Assembly: GCA_035221665.1 (NCBI GenBank) | Contig: CM069152.1 | Location: forward strand, 18,724,001-18,788,000 | DNA: 64,000 nt | Direction: 5' to 3' | DNA from: Okamejei kenojei | Taxonomy: Eukaryota | In this document: one piece after another, positions 62,515 to 64,000 of the stretch | How positions within the stretch are numbered: the stretch's first letter is position 1 | Layout: each line of letters opens with the position of its first letter | Translations under genes and position numbers: made by a program | The notes under the pieces: generated by a model | The model's database searches: none | The model's input: only the letters and a program-made list of their open reading frames with translations | Told to the model about the DNA's origin: nothing

Positions 62515-63332
62515 GTTGGGGCCGTCAGTGGCAGCCTCGCCAACAGCCTGCCTCGTCCCTTTCTTCTTTTGTTGTTTATAGTCTGTTTTAATTGTATGTT
62601 TTAATGTATCTTTAGTTTTTGTATTATTTGGGGCTTGGGTTTGGGGGGGGGGGGGGGAGGTGGGGGGGAACTTTTTTATCTCTTCCCTCAATGGAGGTGC
62701 GGCTTTTTCTGTGTCGTATCTCCGTCCGCACTGCGGCCTTAACATCGTGGAGCTGGTGGTCCCTTTTTTAGGGATCGACTTTGGGAGCTCCAACCGTAGG
62801 AGCTTCGACTGCGCCGATCGCGGGAGCCTTGATCGCCCCAACTGCGGATGTTTCAATCGCCCCAACCACGAGAGAAAGGGAGGGAGAAGGTAAAAGTTAA
62901 AGCCTTCCATCACAGTGGGGAATGGAAGGTCACCGAAGAACAAGATGGACGTGCTGCCTGCACTGTTGAGGACTCGGAGGGATTGCCGTGAGTGCAGAGA
63001 TCTCGGTGTTTTCGGGGGCATCGTGCCATGAGGACATCCCATAGTCTGGTGCGAGTGTGGGCGGCTTTCTGACTCTCAGGGACTGCAGAGAGAGTGACAG
63101 CGGTCGGTACAACTCTGGTCACATCACGCTAAAGGAGCGTGTGTGTGGCCCGGACATTGAACTGATGGCGGTGGGTCTCTGCTAATGCTGTGTGCCCTGG
63201 GGATTCCCACACATCGCTGTGGTGGCTGTTTATGTTTAATCTTTATGTAGTTTTGTATCTTGTTGCTTCTTTTGGTAAATCAAATTTCACTGTACCTCGG
63301 TACACGTAACATTAAAGGACCATTGAACCATT
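62515..63332 (+). mobile_element. Rex1-derived internally deleted non-autonomous element
   Basis: Degenerate APE endonuclease motifs PSI..GN.RS..NKMD.L.AL and HITLKERVC.PDIEL.AVGL, joined directly to a 3' tail (TTCACTGTACCTCGGTACACGT...ACCATTGAACCATT). Confidence 0.65.
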
Positions 63333-63573
63333 CATGCACTTGGATTAGGGGTTTGACTCTTTAAAAAATATATTGTTTTATCTGTTTTAAATGGACTTAC
63401 CCACAGCTTGCCTTGTCATCCAATGACATACAGTTATCTGTTCTATCGCCCTGCCTCCTTAATGACCCTATATTGATATGTCTGCAAATCATTTTACGAT
63501 TTGATGTTCTCACTTTAAGATCACTCCTTGCCTTCTAGTTTTTTTTATTCTAATCTCTTCATGGTCTCCCTTA

Positions 63574-63873
63574 AACCCCTGTCTCACGGTGCGAGTTGAC
63601 CCACGAGTGACCCAGAGTTGTCACTCGCGGTAATCACGTACACTAAACGTAGCGGGAACGTCGGAGCTCTTGCGAGCAACTTAGCGACTCGTGGCGCTAA
63701 CGGCAGGTACCCGTGAAACTTGGTAACTCGTGAAAAAAATCAAACATGTTTGATTTTTTCCACGAGTCAAATTTACAGTTCAAGTTAAAAATTGAAACAT
63801 TTTAAACTCGTTTATAACGTGGTGGCCCGTGCGTTTACCTTAGTGATTCGTGAGTCTACCGTGGGAACTCCTT
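63574..63873. mobile_element. MITE-like palindromic DNA element
   Basis: Imperfect terminal inverted repeats (TCTCACGGT / ACCGTGGGA) near TTAA/TAA flanks; internal 42-bp palindrome at 63726-63767; CpG-rich. Confidence 0.55.
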
Positions 63874-64000
63874 TAACTCAGCGGGCAGGCAGCATCTCTG
63901 GAGAGAAGGAATGGGTGACGGGATGACATTTCCAAATTTCTCCAGCCCCATGTGTTCACTTTTTTCAACTAGCATCTGCCCTTTCTTGTGTATGACATTA

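Noticed and set aside
62515-62560. Second HDV-like ribozyme at the 5' end of the Rex1-derived element
   Set aside because: Contains CCTCG words but I could not build consistent P1/P2/P3 pairings.
62491-63042. 183-aa minus-strand ORF
   Set aside because: Antisense to the Rex1-derived element and low complexity.

Overview
Eukaryotic (vertebrate) genomic DNA. The repeat content (HE1/V-SINE-like SINEs, HER1-like CR1 LINEs, abundant Penelope-like elements) points to a cartilaginous fish, probably a skate or ray; this is inference. The only clear host gene is an intact three-coding-exon Uncx (UNC-4-type paired-class homeobox) gene on the + strand, CDS join(3180..3435,4314..4489,6777..7826), 493 aa. 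It sits in a ~15-kb CpG-rich, almost transposon-free block with probable conserved non-coding elements. The remaining ~49 kb is a gene desert full of retroelement remnants (Penelope-like, CR1, L2, Rex1/Babar, V-SINE, DeuSINE-like), one near-complete but broken Passport-like Tc1 transposon and one MITE. Most notable: (1) a 136-bp Vingi/Ingi-type short retroelement with an 8-bp TSD whose first 54 nt fold into a compact HDV-like ribozyme; (2) about 20 Penelope-derived units carrying minimal hammerhead cores, many inserted as TSD-flanked inverted dimers whose inversion points fall at the ribozyme; (3) a Passport-like transposase suggesting horizontal transfer; (4) a 36-bp coding tandem repeat inside Uncx; (5) a decayed ~30-bp minisatellite forming a forkhead-motif cluster. 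All calls are by eye, with no database searches, and repeat boundaries are approximate.
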